A stretch of DNA of 64,000 bases, from NCBI GenBank assembly GCA_963788195.1, contig CAWBGA010000001.1, positions 96,001 to 160,000 on the forward strand, in the 5' to 3' direction. This stretch comes from Nitrospirota bacterium (GTDB lineage Bacteria; Nitrospirota; Nitrospiria; Nitrospirales; NS-4). A program made the position numbers and the translations under genes. Below are positions 1 through 10,088 of this stretch, piece after piece; position 1 is the first letter of the stretch, and each line of letters begins with the position of its first letter. Below the pieces are notes generated by a model. It saw only the letters and a list, made by a program, of their open reading frames with translations. It was not told the DNA's origin and searched no databases.

Positions 1-2001
1 GCGTGAAGGACGTCAAGGCCGAGAAGCTTCGTGGCCTCCTTCAGACATATGGAGAAGAGGCGCGTCGCAGCCGGGAGCTGGCGACACTCGTCACTGACTG
101 TCCCGTTTCATTCGATCCGGAGTCTTTCCGCCTGGGTGAGGCAAGAACCGACGAATTGGCCGCCATGTTCCGCGAATTGGAATTCTGGGGACTGCTCAAG
201 GCGTTGAAAGGCGAAGAGACCGGCCAGCAAACTCCCAGGGCGGCGGTCTCCATCATTGCCGATGCAGGTGGTGCCGAATCGCTGCGCGCCGCTCTCGTCG
301 AAGCCGGCGCGGTAGCGCTCCACTGTGAATTGAGCGGGCCTGAGGTGCTTCGGTCCACACTGGTGGGTATTGGGCTGTGCCTGCCTGGTGGCGAGCCTCT
401 GTACGTTCCGGCAGGGAACGAATTGAAGACCCTCCAATCAGCGCTCGAGGCGTCCGGGGCGAAGCTATACGTTCATGACTACAAGGCCGCGTGGCTCGCA
501 CTGTCTAAGGCGGGGGTGCCGCCGGCGAAGGCCGCGTTCGATACGATGTTGGCCGCCTATCTACTGAACCCCAACCGTCGCGCTCCTACGCTAGAGGTGC
601 TGATGCAGGAGAGCTTTGCGGAATCGCTTCAAGACAGCGATGTGGCGGAGACCGAGCGCAAGGGAGATCTCTTCGATCAGGGTGAGTTCCATCAGTCCGC
701 GGCAAGGGCGGGCGCCGCGGCGTCTGCAATAGCCCGGCTTCAGCCCTTGTTGTCCGAGAGGCTGTCACAAAGCGGCTTAACGGAGCTGTACGAACAGGTG
801 GAGTTGCCGTTGACAGTGGTGTTGGCCGAGATCGAGGCGAATGGATTCCGACTCGATACGGACATGCTTGCCGAATGTCGGCAAGGAACTCGATCAGCAG
901 CTGGGATCTATTCTACAGGGAATCTATCGGCTGGCTGGCGTGGAATTTAATGTAAATTCCCCGAAGCAGCTGTGCGAAGTGCTTTTTGAAAAGCTCAAGC
1001 TGACCCCGATTAAAAAGACGAAGACCGGCTACTCGACCGATGAGGATGTTCTGACGCAGCTCGCCGTGCACCACGAACTACCGGCGGAGATTCTGAACTA
1101 TCGAAGTCTCAGCAAGCTAAAATCCACGTATGTGGACGCTCTCCCGCGTCTGGTGAATCCCGCAACCGGACGGCTGCATACCTCGCTCCATCAGACAGTC
1201 ACAGCCACAGGTCGGATCTCGTCATCGGAGCCGAATCTGCAGAACATTCCGATCAAAGGCGAATGGGGCGGGCGGATACGGGCAGCGTTCGTGGCCGATG
1301 CCGGTTGGATGCTAATCTCCGCTGACTACAATCAAATCGAGCTGCGCATTCTTACCCATCTTTCGCAGGACCCGGTCCTGATCGGGGCGTACGACCGAGG
1401 CGACGACGTCCATACGACCACCGCGATGGAGATCTTTGGCCTGCCGTCGGGTCAGATCACCAAAGATATGCGCCGCGTGGCCAAAACCGTAAACTTCGGC
1501 ATCATCTATGGAATCAGTCCGTTCGGTCTCTCATCACAACTGGGAATCTCCACCCAGGAGGCGAAGAGGTACATCGAGGCTTATTTTGCCCGATTTGAAG
1601 GCGTCAAGGCCTACATCGATCGCACTGTGACGGAAGCCAAAGCCACCGGCTATAGCACAACGCTGTTCGGACGCCGTCGCCCAATTCCGGAGTTGCGAAG
1701 CGCCGACGCCACGCAACGCAGTTTTGGGGAGCGCGTGGCGATGAATTCTCCGATACAGGGAGCCGCCGCCGACATCATTAAACTCGCGATGCTCGCCTTG
1801 CGCCGTCGGATCGTCACAGAGGGCCGGAGAGCCAAGATACTCCTTCAGGTCCATGACGAGTTGATTCTGGAAGTGCCGGATGCGGAGCTGGACGTGGCGC
1901 GCGTAATGGTCACCGAAGAGATGGAAGGGGTCATCGAGCTCGCGGCTCCACTGAAAGTCGATATTGGGGTAGGGAAAAACTGGCGCGAAGCCCACCCCTG
2001 A
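1..2001 (+). CDS. polA: DNA polymerase I (5'-truncated by window; +1 frameshift near 875)
   Basis: ORFs 3..950 (3'-5' exonuclease-like, FDTMLAAYLL) and 841..2001 (SADYNQIELR, AKTVNFGIIYG, QVHDEL) join by removing one base. Confidence 0.95.
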
Positions 2002-2008
2002 CGGTGGC

Positions 2009-2332
2009 ATGGGAAAGGGAATCTGTCCTACGGGACAAAAGCCTGTCGCTTGGGAAGACGGCATGTCCTGGCATGCCGAGGGAGGGCGGGTGCAATGCAG
2101 GCTTGGGGTAGGGGGTGAGATGTGAACTCCGGAGCGCGGAAAGTTGAGATGAAGATCAAGAACAGAGAACCATCCCGGCGGCCTTCAATAATCAGCAGGC
2201 CCATGGGCGAGACGAACTCGTCCTGGCGAGTTCTGGGGTGGACTGGGTGTAGTGGTCGAGCAAGCTCGGCTTGGTGGGCGGGTGCCACGGGAAAAGAAGC
2301 TGTCTTGCCAGCTTCGGGGTGGGTGGGTGTAA
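2009..2332 (+). repeat. Cluster of nested hairpin/G-tract REP-like elements (locus A)
   Basis: Stems CGGCATG/CATGCCG (2059-2078), GAACTCG/CGAGTTC (2214-2233), GAAGCTG/CAGCTTC (2296-2315) with TCCTGG/TCTTGC loops and GGG tails; split stem AAGCCTG (2039)/CAGGCTT (2098). Confidence 0.9.
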
Positions 2333-2381
2333 TGCCGTCGGTGTGGCATCGCTTTCATCGGTCCTACGCTTCCGGGCGGCG

Positions 2382-2411
2382 TTGACCCTCTGCAAAACGG
2401 TATGCTAACGT
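2382..2411 (+). promoter_or_regulatory. Putative sigma70 promoter of HEAT operon
   Basis: TTGACC-N18-TAACGT with TGn extension. Confidence 0.4.
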
Positions 2412-2459
2412 GATCGGTCGTCGTCCCGCATGCCATCCCCGGGTATCGAGGCGTTTCTC

Positions 2460-3569
2460 ATGAGTGATCGAGTGCTTGAGGAAATCGCGGCCCTCCAAGA
2501 CGAGGACTGGGCCCTGCGGGAAGAAGCTGCAGCCCTGCTGGGGGACTTCGCCGATCCTCGCGCCATCCCGCCGCTGATCAAGGCTCTTCATGATGAGGAC
2601 CGTGCCGTGCGTGAGGCGGCGGCGATAGCGCTGCGAAAGATCGGACGGGCTGCATTACCGGCGCTGGTCCAGGTGTTGAAGGATCCAAACGGAAACGTTC
2701 AAGAAGCTGCGATCTCGATCCTGAAGGATTTTCCCGACGCTTCTACCGTGGAACCGCTGATCGAATGCCTAGCCAGCAAGAATTGGATTTTGCGCATGCA
2801 TGCTGTGAAGGCGTTGGGGCAATCCGCAGACGAAAGGGTGGTGCAAGCCTTGATTCCCTTGCTCATGGACCCGGTCAAGGCGGTTCGGGTGGACACTACG
2901 GAAGCACTGGCGCGTTTGGGCGCTGCCGCATTGACATCCTTGCTTGACGCTCTGAACGGGGAGGAATGGATTCTCAGACTTCACGCCTGTGAGGCATTGG
3001 GAAAGATGGGCGCGGAGGAAGCCGTGGCGCCGCTTTGCGAGCTGATGCTGAGCGATCGGGACGCCGCCGTTCGGCAGGATGCTGCGAAGGCGCTTGGCGG
3101 CATCGGCAGCGCTCGCGCGTTGGAGCCCTTGAGCACAGCCCTGCAAGACCTCGAGGTGCGCCCCTTTGCGGTCGAGGCCTTGGGAAAGATCAAAGACGCG
3201 CGCGCCGTACCAACACTGATCGACATCGTGACCGGCAAGGGGCGTCCTGCGAATGCCAGAAGGGCGGCGAATTGCGGGGATGAGACCGGCGAACAGTTCT
3301 TTGAGGAAATGGAAGTGCAGGAGCATGCCATCGGGGCGCTCGCGGACATCGGGGACGACCGCGCGATCGATCCGGTGATCGGCGCGTTACAGGATACACG
3401 CCTGCGCTCCGCTGCTGCCCTAGCCTTGGGCAGACTTGGATTGCGCGTGGCCGACCCGTTATTGGCAAGGATGAAAACTGAAACCGATTCCAACATTCTC
3501 TACCACGCCCGAGCCGTCCTCACGAGCGTGGGGTGGCGACCACGACCCAACATGAAAGCAGGTATCTAA
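2460..3569 (+). CDS. HEAT/PBS-lyase-like repeat protein 1
   Basis: Repeated L.D.D..VR..AA.ALG.IG...AV..L motifs; alternative start 2430. Confidence 0.9.
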   Translation: MSDRVLEEIAALQDEDWALREEAAALLGDFADPRAIPPLIKALHDEDRAVREAAAIALRKIGRAALPALVQVLKDPNGNVQEAAISILKDFPDASTVEPLIECLASKNWILRMHAVKALGQSADERVVQALIPLLMDPVKAVRVDTTEALARLGAAALTSLLDALNGEEWILRLHACEALGKMGAEEAVAPLCELMLSDRDAAVRQDAAKALGGIGSARALEPLSTALQDLEVRPFAVEALGKIKDARAVPTLIDIVTGKGRPANARRAANCGDETGEQFFEEMEVQEHAIGALADIGDDRAIDPVIGALQDTRLRSAAALALGRLGLRVADPLLARMKTETDSNILYHARAVLTSVGWRPRPNMKAGI

Positions 3570-4886
3570 ATGGCACAGTCACTTGATGACCTATTGGAAG
3601 CGTTGGCGGATCCCGACGATGCGACCCGTGAGGAGGCGGCACAAACTCTCGCCGCCCAGCCGTATCCGAAAGCCACCCAGGCCCTCATCGAGGCATTGGA
3701 AGATGAGTACTGGGTTGTCCGGATGCATGCCGCGCATGCCCTGGGAAAAATCGCCGGTCCGCCGGTGCTCGAAGCGCTGCTGCCGCTCCTTGGAGATCCG
3801 ATTAAGGAATGTCGGGATGGCGCTGTAGAAGACTTTGTCCGTATTGGGCCACCGGCAGTTCCACGCCTTATCCAGGGTCTTCGCGACGAGCGCTGGCGAG
3901 TGCGGGAATGTGCCGCGCGGGCGCTCGGCCGTATCGGGGACAACAGCGCCGTGGAGAGCTTGATTGCCGCATTGCGCGACCGTGACGGCGCGGTCCGGAC
4001 CGTCGCCGCTGAGGCATTGGGCAGGCTTGGCGATCCAAGGGCCATTAAAGGATTGATAGCGCTCTTCAAGGACAGTTCCAAGCTGGTAAGAGTCAGCGCC
4101 ACGATCGCGTTGACTCAAATCGGCGATGCGACTGTGGAGCCGTTGATGGCTGGTCTCAAAGACGAAAATTTCCAAGTGCGCTTACATTCGGTCCAAGCCC
4201 TTGGAGGAATCACGAGCGATTATCCGACAGGCCGGTCCTGGCTTCGCGATTCGCGGCCGGTGCCCTCTCTGATCAGTTGTCTCCAGGACAGGGACCGCGC
4301 CGTACGCGAGGACGTTGCGATCGCGCTGGGCATGATCGGTGATCAGAGCGCTGTGCCTGCCCTCATCGAGTCACTCAAGGACGGACAGGTCAAGGTCAGG
4401 GCGATCATGGCCTTGGGTATGATCGGTGACGTACGGGCTGTCGAGCCCTTGATCGAGATCCTTCAAGGGATCGGGATCTATCAAAAAGGTACCCCCACGC
4501 CGGGCTGCATTGTCAGCGAGGAATGGTTTATTCGCGAAGAGGCGGCCAAGGCCCTCGGGCATTTCAATGACATCCGCAGTGTGCCCGCTCTCCTGGACGC
4601 CCTCAAAGACACTCGCCTGCGGGAAAAAGCCTCCGGGGCGTTGGTCGAGCTCGGGCCGCAGGTCATCGATCAACTGGTGGATTTCTATAACGATCCCGCG
4701 GCCTCGTTTGTCGAGGAGCACAACCAGAATATTATGTCCTATGCGACTAACCGCCTTGGAGCTCAAACCGCGCTCCGTGCATGCGTGCTGGACATACTGA
4801 CGCAATTAGGATGGACACCGCCGGAGGAGGGATCGCTCGAAGAAGCCCCGCAGAATGCCACCGGGGACGGGGCGACCTCACGGTAG
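3570..4886 (+). CDS. HEAT/PBS-lyase-like repeat protein 2
   Basis: Same repeat motif; starts directly after previous stop (TAAATG). Confidence 0.9.
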   Translation: MAQSLDDLLEALADPDDATREEAAQTLAAQPYPKATQALIEALEDEYWVVRMHAAHALGKIAGPPVLEALLPLLGDPIKECRDGAVEDFVRIGPPAVPRLIQGLRDERWRVRECAARALGRIGDNSAVESLIAALRDRDGAVRTVAAEALGRLGDPRAIKGLIALFKDSSKLVRVSATIALTQIGDATVEPLMAGLKDENFQVRLHSVQALGGITSDYPTGRSWLRDSRPVPSLISCLQDRDRAVREDVAIALGMIGDQSAVPALIESLKDGQVKVRAIMALGMIGDVRAVEPLIEILQGIGIYQKGTPTPGCIVSEEWFIREEAAKALGHFNDIRSVPALLDALKDTRLREKASGALVELGPQVIDQLVDFYNDPAASFVEEHNQNIMSYATNRLGAQTALRACVLDILTQLGWTPPEEGSLEEAPQNATGDGATSR

Positions 4887-4893
4887 TATTACC

Positions 4894-6030
4894 ATGGCCA
4901 AAAAAGACCGGACAGAAGATCTCGTCAGGGATCTCACCCATGAAGAGGACTGGAAGCGGATGAACGCCACGGCCGAGCTGCTCAAACGCGGGCCGGAGGC
5001 CGTGAGCCATCTGATTTCGGAAGGGCTGTCGGCTGAAAATTCCGCAACGCGCGCAGAAGCGGCCAGGATGCTCGGACGCATTAAAGACCGCGCCGCCGGC
5101 GTTTCAATAGTGCCTCTTCTGAAAGACATCGACCCCACTGTGCGGGAAGCGGCGGCCGAAGCCATTGGGCATGTTGCGGACGCACCCGCCTTGAGCGCGA
5201 TGGTCCAGCTCTTGGAGGATCCGGCGACACGGGACATTGCGGCCGAAGTCCTGGGACGGCTAAAAGATCCGGCTGCGATGCAGCCGCTCGTGGCGATGAT
5301 GGCAAGCACCGATGCGACGGCGCGGCGGATGTCGGCGGAGGCGCTGGAGCAGCTAGCTGACCCCCGCAGCGTTGATGCCTGGATTGGCGCAATGGCCTAT
5401 CCGGATCTTCTAGACATTGCCGCGCGCTCACTTAAGCGTATTTCAGATCTTCGTGATCGGATCACCGAGATTCTGGACCGCTTACGAGATATCGAGGATA
5501 CTGTGGCGTCGGAAGAGGCGCGCATCGGTGTCTCGATGGATTTGATCACCCTCGGTCGCCCGGCGGTGACTGAGTTGCTCGAGGCCCTAAATGATGACCT
5601 CTGGGTCGTGCGCGAAGCTTCGGCTCAAGCCTTGGGGATCATCGGGGATCAGCGCGCAGTCGAACCATTGTTGGAAAGGGCCAAGACGGACCGGGATCGC
5701 GGCGTGCGTGAGAGCTGCATCAAGGCATTGGGCGAATTCGGGGATGCCCGCTCGATTAATGTCCTTGTCGAGGCCGTGGAAGATCGCACGACGCGACTTG
5801 CCGCCACTGAAGCCATGTCGAAGATTAAAGATATTACCGTCCTCCTACCTCACGTCAAGCTGATCCAGACGATGAAATCCGACCGCGATGGGTTGGTCAG
5901 TTATCTTGGGGGACTGATGCTGGATAAGTTAGAGAAGATCGGCGGAGAGGCGCAGAAAGAAGAGGATCCTTGGGACGAGGAAGCCCCCTTGCCCAAGCAG
6001 CCGACTGGAGCAACGCCAAAAGATGAGTGA
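4894..6030 (+). CDS. HEAT/PBS-lyase-like repeat protein 3
   Basis: HEAT motifs (LNDDLWVVREASAQALG); acidic C-terminal tail. Confidence 0.9.
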   Translation: MAKKDRTEDLVRDLTHEEDWKRMNATAELLKRGPEAVSHLISEGLSAENSATRAEAARMLGRIKDRAAGVSIVPLLKDIDPTVREAAAEAIGHVADAPALSAMVQLLEDPATRDIAAEVLGRLKDPAAMQPLVAMMASTDATARRMSAEALEQLADPRSVDAWIGAMAYPDLLDIAARSLKRISDLRDRITEILDRLRDIEDTVASEEARIGVSMDLITLGRPAVTELLEALNDDLWVVREASAQALGIIGDQRAVEPLLERAKTDRDRGVRESCIKALGEFGDARSINVLVEAVEDRTTRLAATEAMSKIKDITVLLPHVKLIQTMKSDRDGLVSYLGGLMLDKLEKIGGEAQKEEDPWDEEAPLPKQPTGATPKDE

Positions 6031-6784
6031 GAGCGATCGGCGGATCGAGCAACTTCTAGCAGCCTTGCGCGACGATAATGAGGCGCTACGCGACCATGCC
6101 GTGGCGAGCCTGGGGCAGATGGGCTCCCCGGTGATTGACCAGCTGATCGGACTGTTTGCGGATGATGATCGGGTGATCCGGGAGGCGGGGAGGCAGGCGC
6201 TGGTGCAGATCGGCAAAACCGCGGTCGAGCCGCTCCTGACGGCCTTGCATGATGATGAATGGGCAGTCCGGGAACAGGCGGCGATCGCGCTGGGCCGTCT
6301 CAAGGACGAAAGCGCGATTGGACCTCTCATCGCCGCATTGAAGGATCGCGACGGCGCGGTCCGGCTGGCCGCCGTCGAAGCTCTCGAGAAAATCGGTGAT
6401 CCCCGTGCCGTTGAAGGTTTGATGGAGGCGTTGATGGATCAGACCGTTCGCGAAGAAGCGGCCCGGGCCCTGAAGAAGATTCCGGATCCGCGTGCCGTGG
6501 AAGGCCTCTTGACCGGATTGGCGGAGGGCAACTGGATCGTCAAGCGCCATGCCGCCGAAGCTTTGGGCCTTATCGCGGATCGACGCGCCTTGCAGGGATT
6601 GACACAGGCCCTTCTAGACGAGGATTGGCTCGTCCGCCGCAACGCGGCCGAGTCACTCGCGCGACTGGGGGACCGCGGGGTCGTGGATGCGCTCGTGCCC
6701 TTGTTGGAAGATGAGAATGATATGGTTCGCGAAACGGTCGAGGGTGCGCTCTCGAGCCTCGGATGGACCCCGCCCAGCGCGTAA
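6023..6784 (+). CDS. HEAT/PBS-lyase-like repeat protein 4
   Basis: Almost entirely HEAT repeats; overlaps previous gene. Confidence 0.9.
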   Translation: MSESDRRIEQLLAALRDDNEALRDHAVASLGQMGSPVIDQLIGLFADDDRVIREAGRQALVQIGKTAVEPLLTALHDDEWAVREQAAIALGRLKDESAIGPLIAALKDRDGAVRLAAVEALEKIGDPRAVEGLMEALMDQTVREEAARALKKIPDPRAVEGLLTGLAEGNWIVKRHAAEALGLIADRRALQGLTQALLDEDWLVRRNAAESLARLGDRGVVDALVPLLEDENDMVRETVEGALSSLGWTPPSA

Positions 6785-6798
6785 ATAAAGGAGCGATA

Positions 6799-7515
6799 AT
6801 GGCAGACGAAGCACCGAAGTTGATTCAGATTGGTAAGGGCGGCCCGGGTGTCAAGAAGGATGGCTTCAATCTTATCTCGGAAAATGTCGTGAAGGTCGAT
6901 ATCGAACATCGGACGATGGAAATCGAGCTTCTTGCCTACGAAGGCAAGACCGTCGTCTTAGACGTCGGGGAAGAACTCCTGGAAGAGCTGAAGGCGCTCA
7001 AGGTCGGTGATGGGGTGACGGTTCGAGTTGTTGAGGAAGAACCCGGAGGCACCCTGCACGGTGCGCCGACCAAGCGGCGGATCGTAAAGGGCTTTACAGT
7101 TCGAGCCCGGGATGCCGATAAGAGCCGGGCGGATGAGATGCTGGCCGCTATGAAGGAGCCGCATTGGCTTACCCGCAAGTATGCGGTGGAGGTGCTTGGA
7201 GCTCTTGGAGACGCGAGAGCAGTAGGGCCTCTGATCGAGGCGTTGACGGACGAGGTCAATGATATCCGGCAGCGAGCCTATGACGCCCTGATTAAGATTG
7301 GCGCCCCGAGTGTCACTCCCGTGGCGAGTTTGCTCACGCATGAGGATGACGACTTGCGGCAGTCAGCGTCGGAGATTATCCGCAAAATCGGCAAGCCGGC
7401 AGTGGAGCCGCTCACCGAGGTGATGGCTGGCGCCGACGACATCATGCAGACGAAAATTCGCAAACTTCTGGACCGCATGGGGTACAAGCCGAAGCCTAAG
7501 ACTGAGGTACTCTAA
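6799..7515 (+). CDS. HEAT repeat protein 5 with N-terminal beta-rich (OB-fold-like) domain
   Basis: RBS AAGGAG; beta-strand pattern LKALKVGDGVTVRV followed by HEAT repeats. Confidence 0.85.
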   Translation: MADEAPKLIQIGKGGPGVKKDGFNLISENVVKVDIEHRTMEIELLAYEGKTVVLDVGEELLEELKALKVGDGVTVRVVEEEPGGTLHGAPTKRRIVKGFTVRARDADKSRADEMLAAMKEPHWLTRKYAVEVLGALGDARAVGPLIEALTDEVNDIRQRAYDALIKIGAPSVTPVASLLTHEDDDLRQSASEIIRKIGKPAVEPLTEVMAGADDIMQTKIRKLLDRMGYKPKPKTEVL

Positions 7516-7516
7516 A

Positions 7517-8843
7517 TCAGGATTGAGACGCCGGGATGCTCCGGCGGCCAACCGAGGTGTATTCAAAACCAAGGGAGGCCATCCGCTCGGGTTCATACAC
7601 ATTGCGCAGATCCACAAACACCGGTGATCTAAGCCCGCTCTTGATCTGGTCTAAGTCTAAATTGCGAAACTGGTTCCACTCGGTCATCAGAACCAAGACA
7701 TCCGCTCCCTGCGCCACTTCATAGGCGCTTTCGCAAAGGCGGATCCCCGGCAATAATTTGCTGGCCTCTTCCATGGCGGCGGGATCGTACGCCTGAATCG
7801 AGGCGCCTTCTTGTATCAAACGGCCGAGAATCTCGAGTGACGGCGCGTCTCGCAAATCATTGGTGTTCGGCTTGAAGGACAGCCCCAGCACGCCGATCAA
7901 CTTTCCTTTGACCTGCCCGCCGGCCGCCTGAAGAATCTTCTCGACCATCCGTGCACGTTGGTTGGCGTTCGCGCGCACCGTGGCCTCGGCGATCTCGATG
8001 CGGCAATCTGATTGCTGACCGGTCCGAACCAAAGCGGCCACATCCTTAGGAAAGCACGATCCGCCGAAGCCCGGTCCGGGATGAAGAAATTTGGGGCCAA
8101 TACGATGGTCGAGGCCCATGCCCTTTGCGACGACCTGCACGTCGGCCCCGACACGCTCGCAGAGGTTGGCGACCTCGTTAATGAACGACACTTTTGTGGC
8201 GAGAAACGAATTGGAGGCGTACTTGATCATTTCGGCCGTCGGAATATCGGTCAACACGAAGGGCGTTTCGGTCAAGTAGAGCGGACGGTACAGATCGCGC
8301 ATGACCGCGATGGCATGAGGACTCTGCGCGCCTATAATGACCCGGTTGGGTCGCATGAAATCCTCAATCGCGGAACCTTCCCGCAAAAATTCCGGGTTGG
8401 AGACAATGTCAAAGGCGGCATTCTTGCCAGCCAGGGATCCAATCAGCTTTCGCAGGTGCTCTCCTGTGCCGACCGGCACTGTCGACTTCGTGACGATGAC
8501 TTTGTAGCCGTTCAGGTGAGTGGCGATGCCGCGGCCCACATCCTCGACGAAGGAGAGATCCGCCGAGCCGTCATTTTGTGATGGAGTGCCCACCGCAATG
8601 AAAATAACAAGGGCGGATTCGACTGCTTGAACCAGATTCGTCGTAAAGGTGAGGCGGCCATCGGAGAGGCCCTTATGAACGAGTTCCGAAAGCCCCGGCT
8701 CATAAATTGGAATCTTTCCCTTCTCCAGTCGCCGCAATCCGCTGCTCATCTTTGTCCATGCAGGTCACGTGGAGACCGAACTCCGCGAAACACGCTCCGG
8801 TGACGAGGCCGACATAGCCTGTGCCTATTACGCTAATGTTCAT
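7517..8843 (-). CDS. ugd: UDP-glucose 6-dehydrogenase (+1 frameshift near 8733)
   Basis: N-terminus MNISVIGTGYVGLVTG from ATG 8843; SNPEFLREG, GFGGSCFPKD, FKPNTNDLR motifs. Confidence 0.93.
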
Positions 8844-8882
8844 GTGACTCCATGGGGTTGAGGGTGGTTGCAGAAGCACGTC

Positions 8883-8911
8883 ACTATATCAAGCGTGTCG
8901 AATACGATCAA
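8883..8911 (-). promoter_or_regulatory. Putative sigma70 promoter of ugd
   Basis: TTGATC-N17-TATAGT on minus strand. Confidence 0.55.
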
Positions 8912-8990
8912 CACCTCACTGGACGCCCAAACGGACAGGGGTACCGCAAAAGATGGGGTCTCGCAATACACCGTACGTACGCCGCGTGTA

Positions 8991-9019
8991 TTGACCTTAC
9001 CCTACACCTCCACTAAAAT
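8991..9019 (+). promoter_or_regulatory. Putative sigma70 promoter of CBS gene
   Basis: TTGACC-N17-TAAAAT. Confidence 0.6.
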
Positions 9020-9043
9020 CAGCAAGTTGCGAGGGCGCAGGCC

Positions 9044-9457
9044 ATGAGCATAGGCGGGTCGGCCATACAAAGACCGCTCGCGGTCATGATGAGCCGTCGG
9101 ATTTTCTCGGTACCTCCCTCGACCCGGGTCGTCGAAGCAGCCCGCATCCTACGAGACTCGAAGATCGGGAGCCTCCTCGTATCAGGAGACTACGATCGCT
9201 ACATCGGAATTGTCAGCGAAACGGACCTTGTTCGTAAAGTCGTCGCGGCCGAGCAGGACCCGAGCCGAGTGTTGGTGTCAGAAGTCATGACGGCGCCGAT
9301 CATCACGATTGAAATCGATCGCTCTGCGCATGACGCCAGCGATCTAATGGCGGAGCGGGGTATCCGACATCTGGCCGTCACGGACGACGGCCGGATCGTA
9401 GGGATGCTCTCCGTGCGGGATTTGCTGCGGTACTTCAAAAACTGGGGAACATTGTAA
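9044..9457 (+). CDS. CBS-domain pair protein
   Basis: IGSLLV..GIVSETD, VSEVMT, IRHLAV..GMLSVRD. Confidence 0.9.
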   Translation: MSIGGSAIQRPLAVMMSRRIFSVPPSTRVVEAARILRDSKIGSLLVSGDYDRYIGIVSETDLVRKVVAAEQDPSRVLVSEVMTAPIITIEIDRSAHDASDLMAERGIRHLAVTDDGRIVGMLSVRDLLRYFKNWGTL

Positions 9458-9467
9458 GGGGAAGAAC

Positions 9468-9508
9468 AAAAAGGCCCTCTCCTTGAAATCAAGGAGAGGG
9501 CCTTTTTT
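9468..9508. terminator. Bidirectional intrinsic terminator
   Basis: AAAAAGGCCCTCTCCTTG-AAAT-CAAGGAGAGGGCCTTTTTT between convergent genes. Confidence 0.9.
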
Positions 9509-9530
9509 AACTACCGGAAAGTGAACCGAC

Positions 9531-9878
9531 TTAGTTGCGGACGCCGCTCCAGACTTTGTTAGCATCGATCTCTTTGTCCGGATTGAGGGTTCGCGCACGT
9601 TCAAGCAAGACATCCGTCGACTCTGGATATAGCGGATCTGCGATGCAACAGTTATCGACTGGGCAGACCGCTGCGCATTGCGGTTCGTCAAAATGCCCCA
9701 CGCACTCTGTGCAGCGAACGTGCGTGATCACATAGATATTATCGCCGACGCCCTGGCCGTCGCCGACATGATAGCCTTTCGTTTCGGAATCACTCCGAGT
9801 TTCGAAAATCGCCTCATTAGGACACTCGGGGAGGCATGCCCCGCAGGAAATACATTCATCCGTAATCAATAACGCCAT
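9531..9878 (-). CDS. 2[4Fe-4S] ferredoxin, YfhL-like
   Basis: CISCGACLPECP and CTECVGHFDEPQCAAVCP; RBS AAGGAGG. Confidence 0.92.
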   Translation of the reverse strand: MALLITDECISCGACLPECPNEAIFETRSDSETKGYHVGDGQGVGDNIYVITHVRCTECVGHFDEPQCAAVCPVDNCCIADPLYPESTDVLLERARTLNPDKEIDANKVWSGVRN

Positions 9879-9956
9879 CGTCCTCGCCTCCTTCTTACAA
9901 ACCCACTATACTGGTCAGATATATTCGTAGAGTTAGAATGATGCAGTGCAGCTGCT

Positions 9957-9986
9957 ATTGTAAGAAGGCCGTCAAGAGGTTGTCAA
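9957..9986 (-). promoter_or_regulatory. Putative sigma70 promoter of ferredoxin
   Basis: TTGACA-N18-TACAAT on minus strand. Confidence 0.6.
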
Positions 9987-10088
9987 TGTGTTTCTGATCG
10001 ATTGACATAGGCCGGAAGCCCTGTTGAATCAGAGTAAAAGCCCTACGCACGCGTCGTGAGAGAGCGTCGGTCTCGGCCAACCCGGGCC

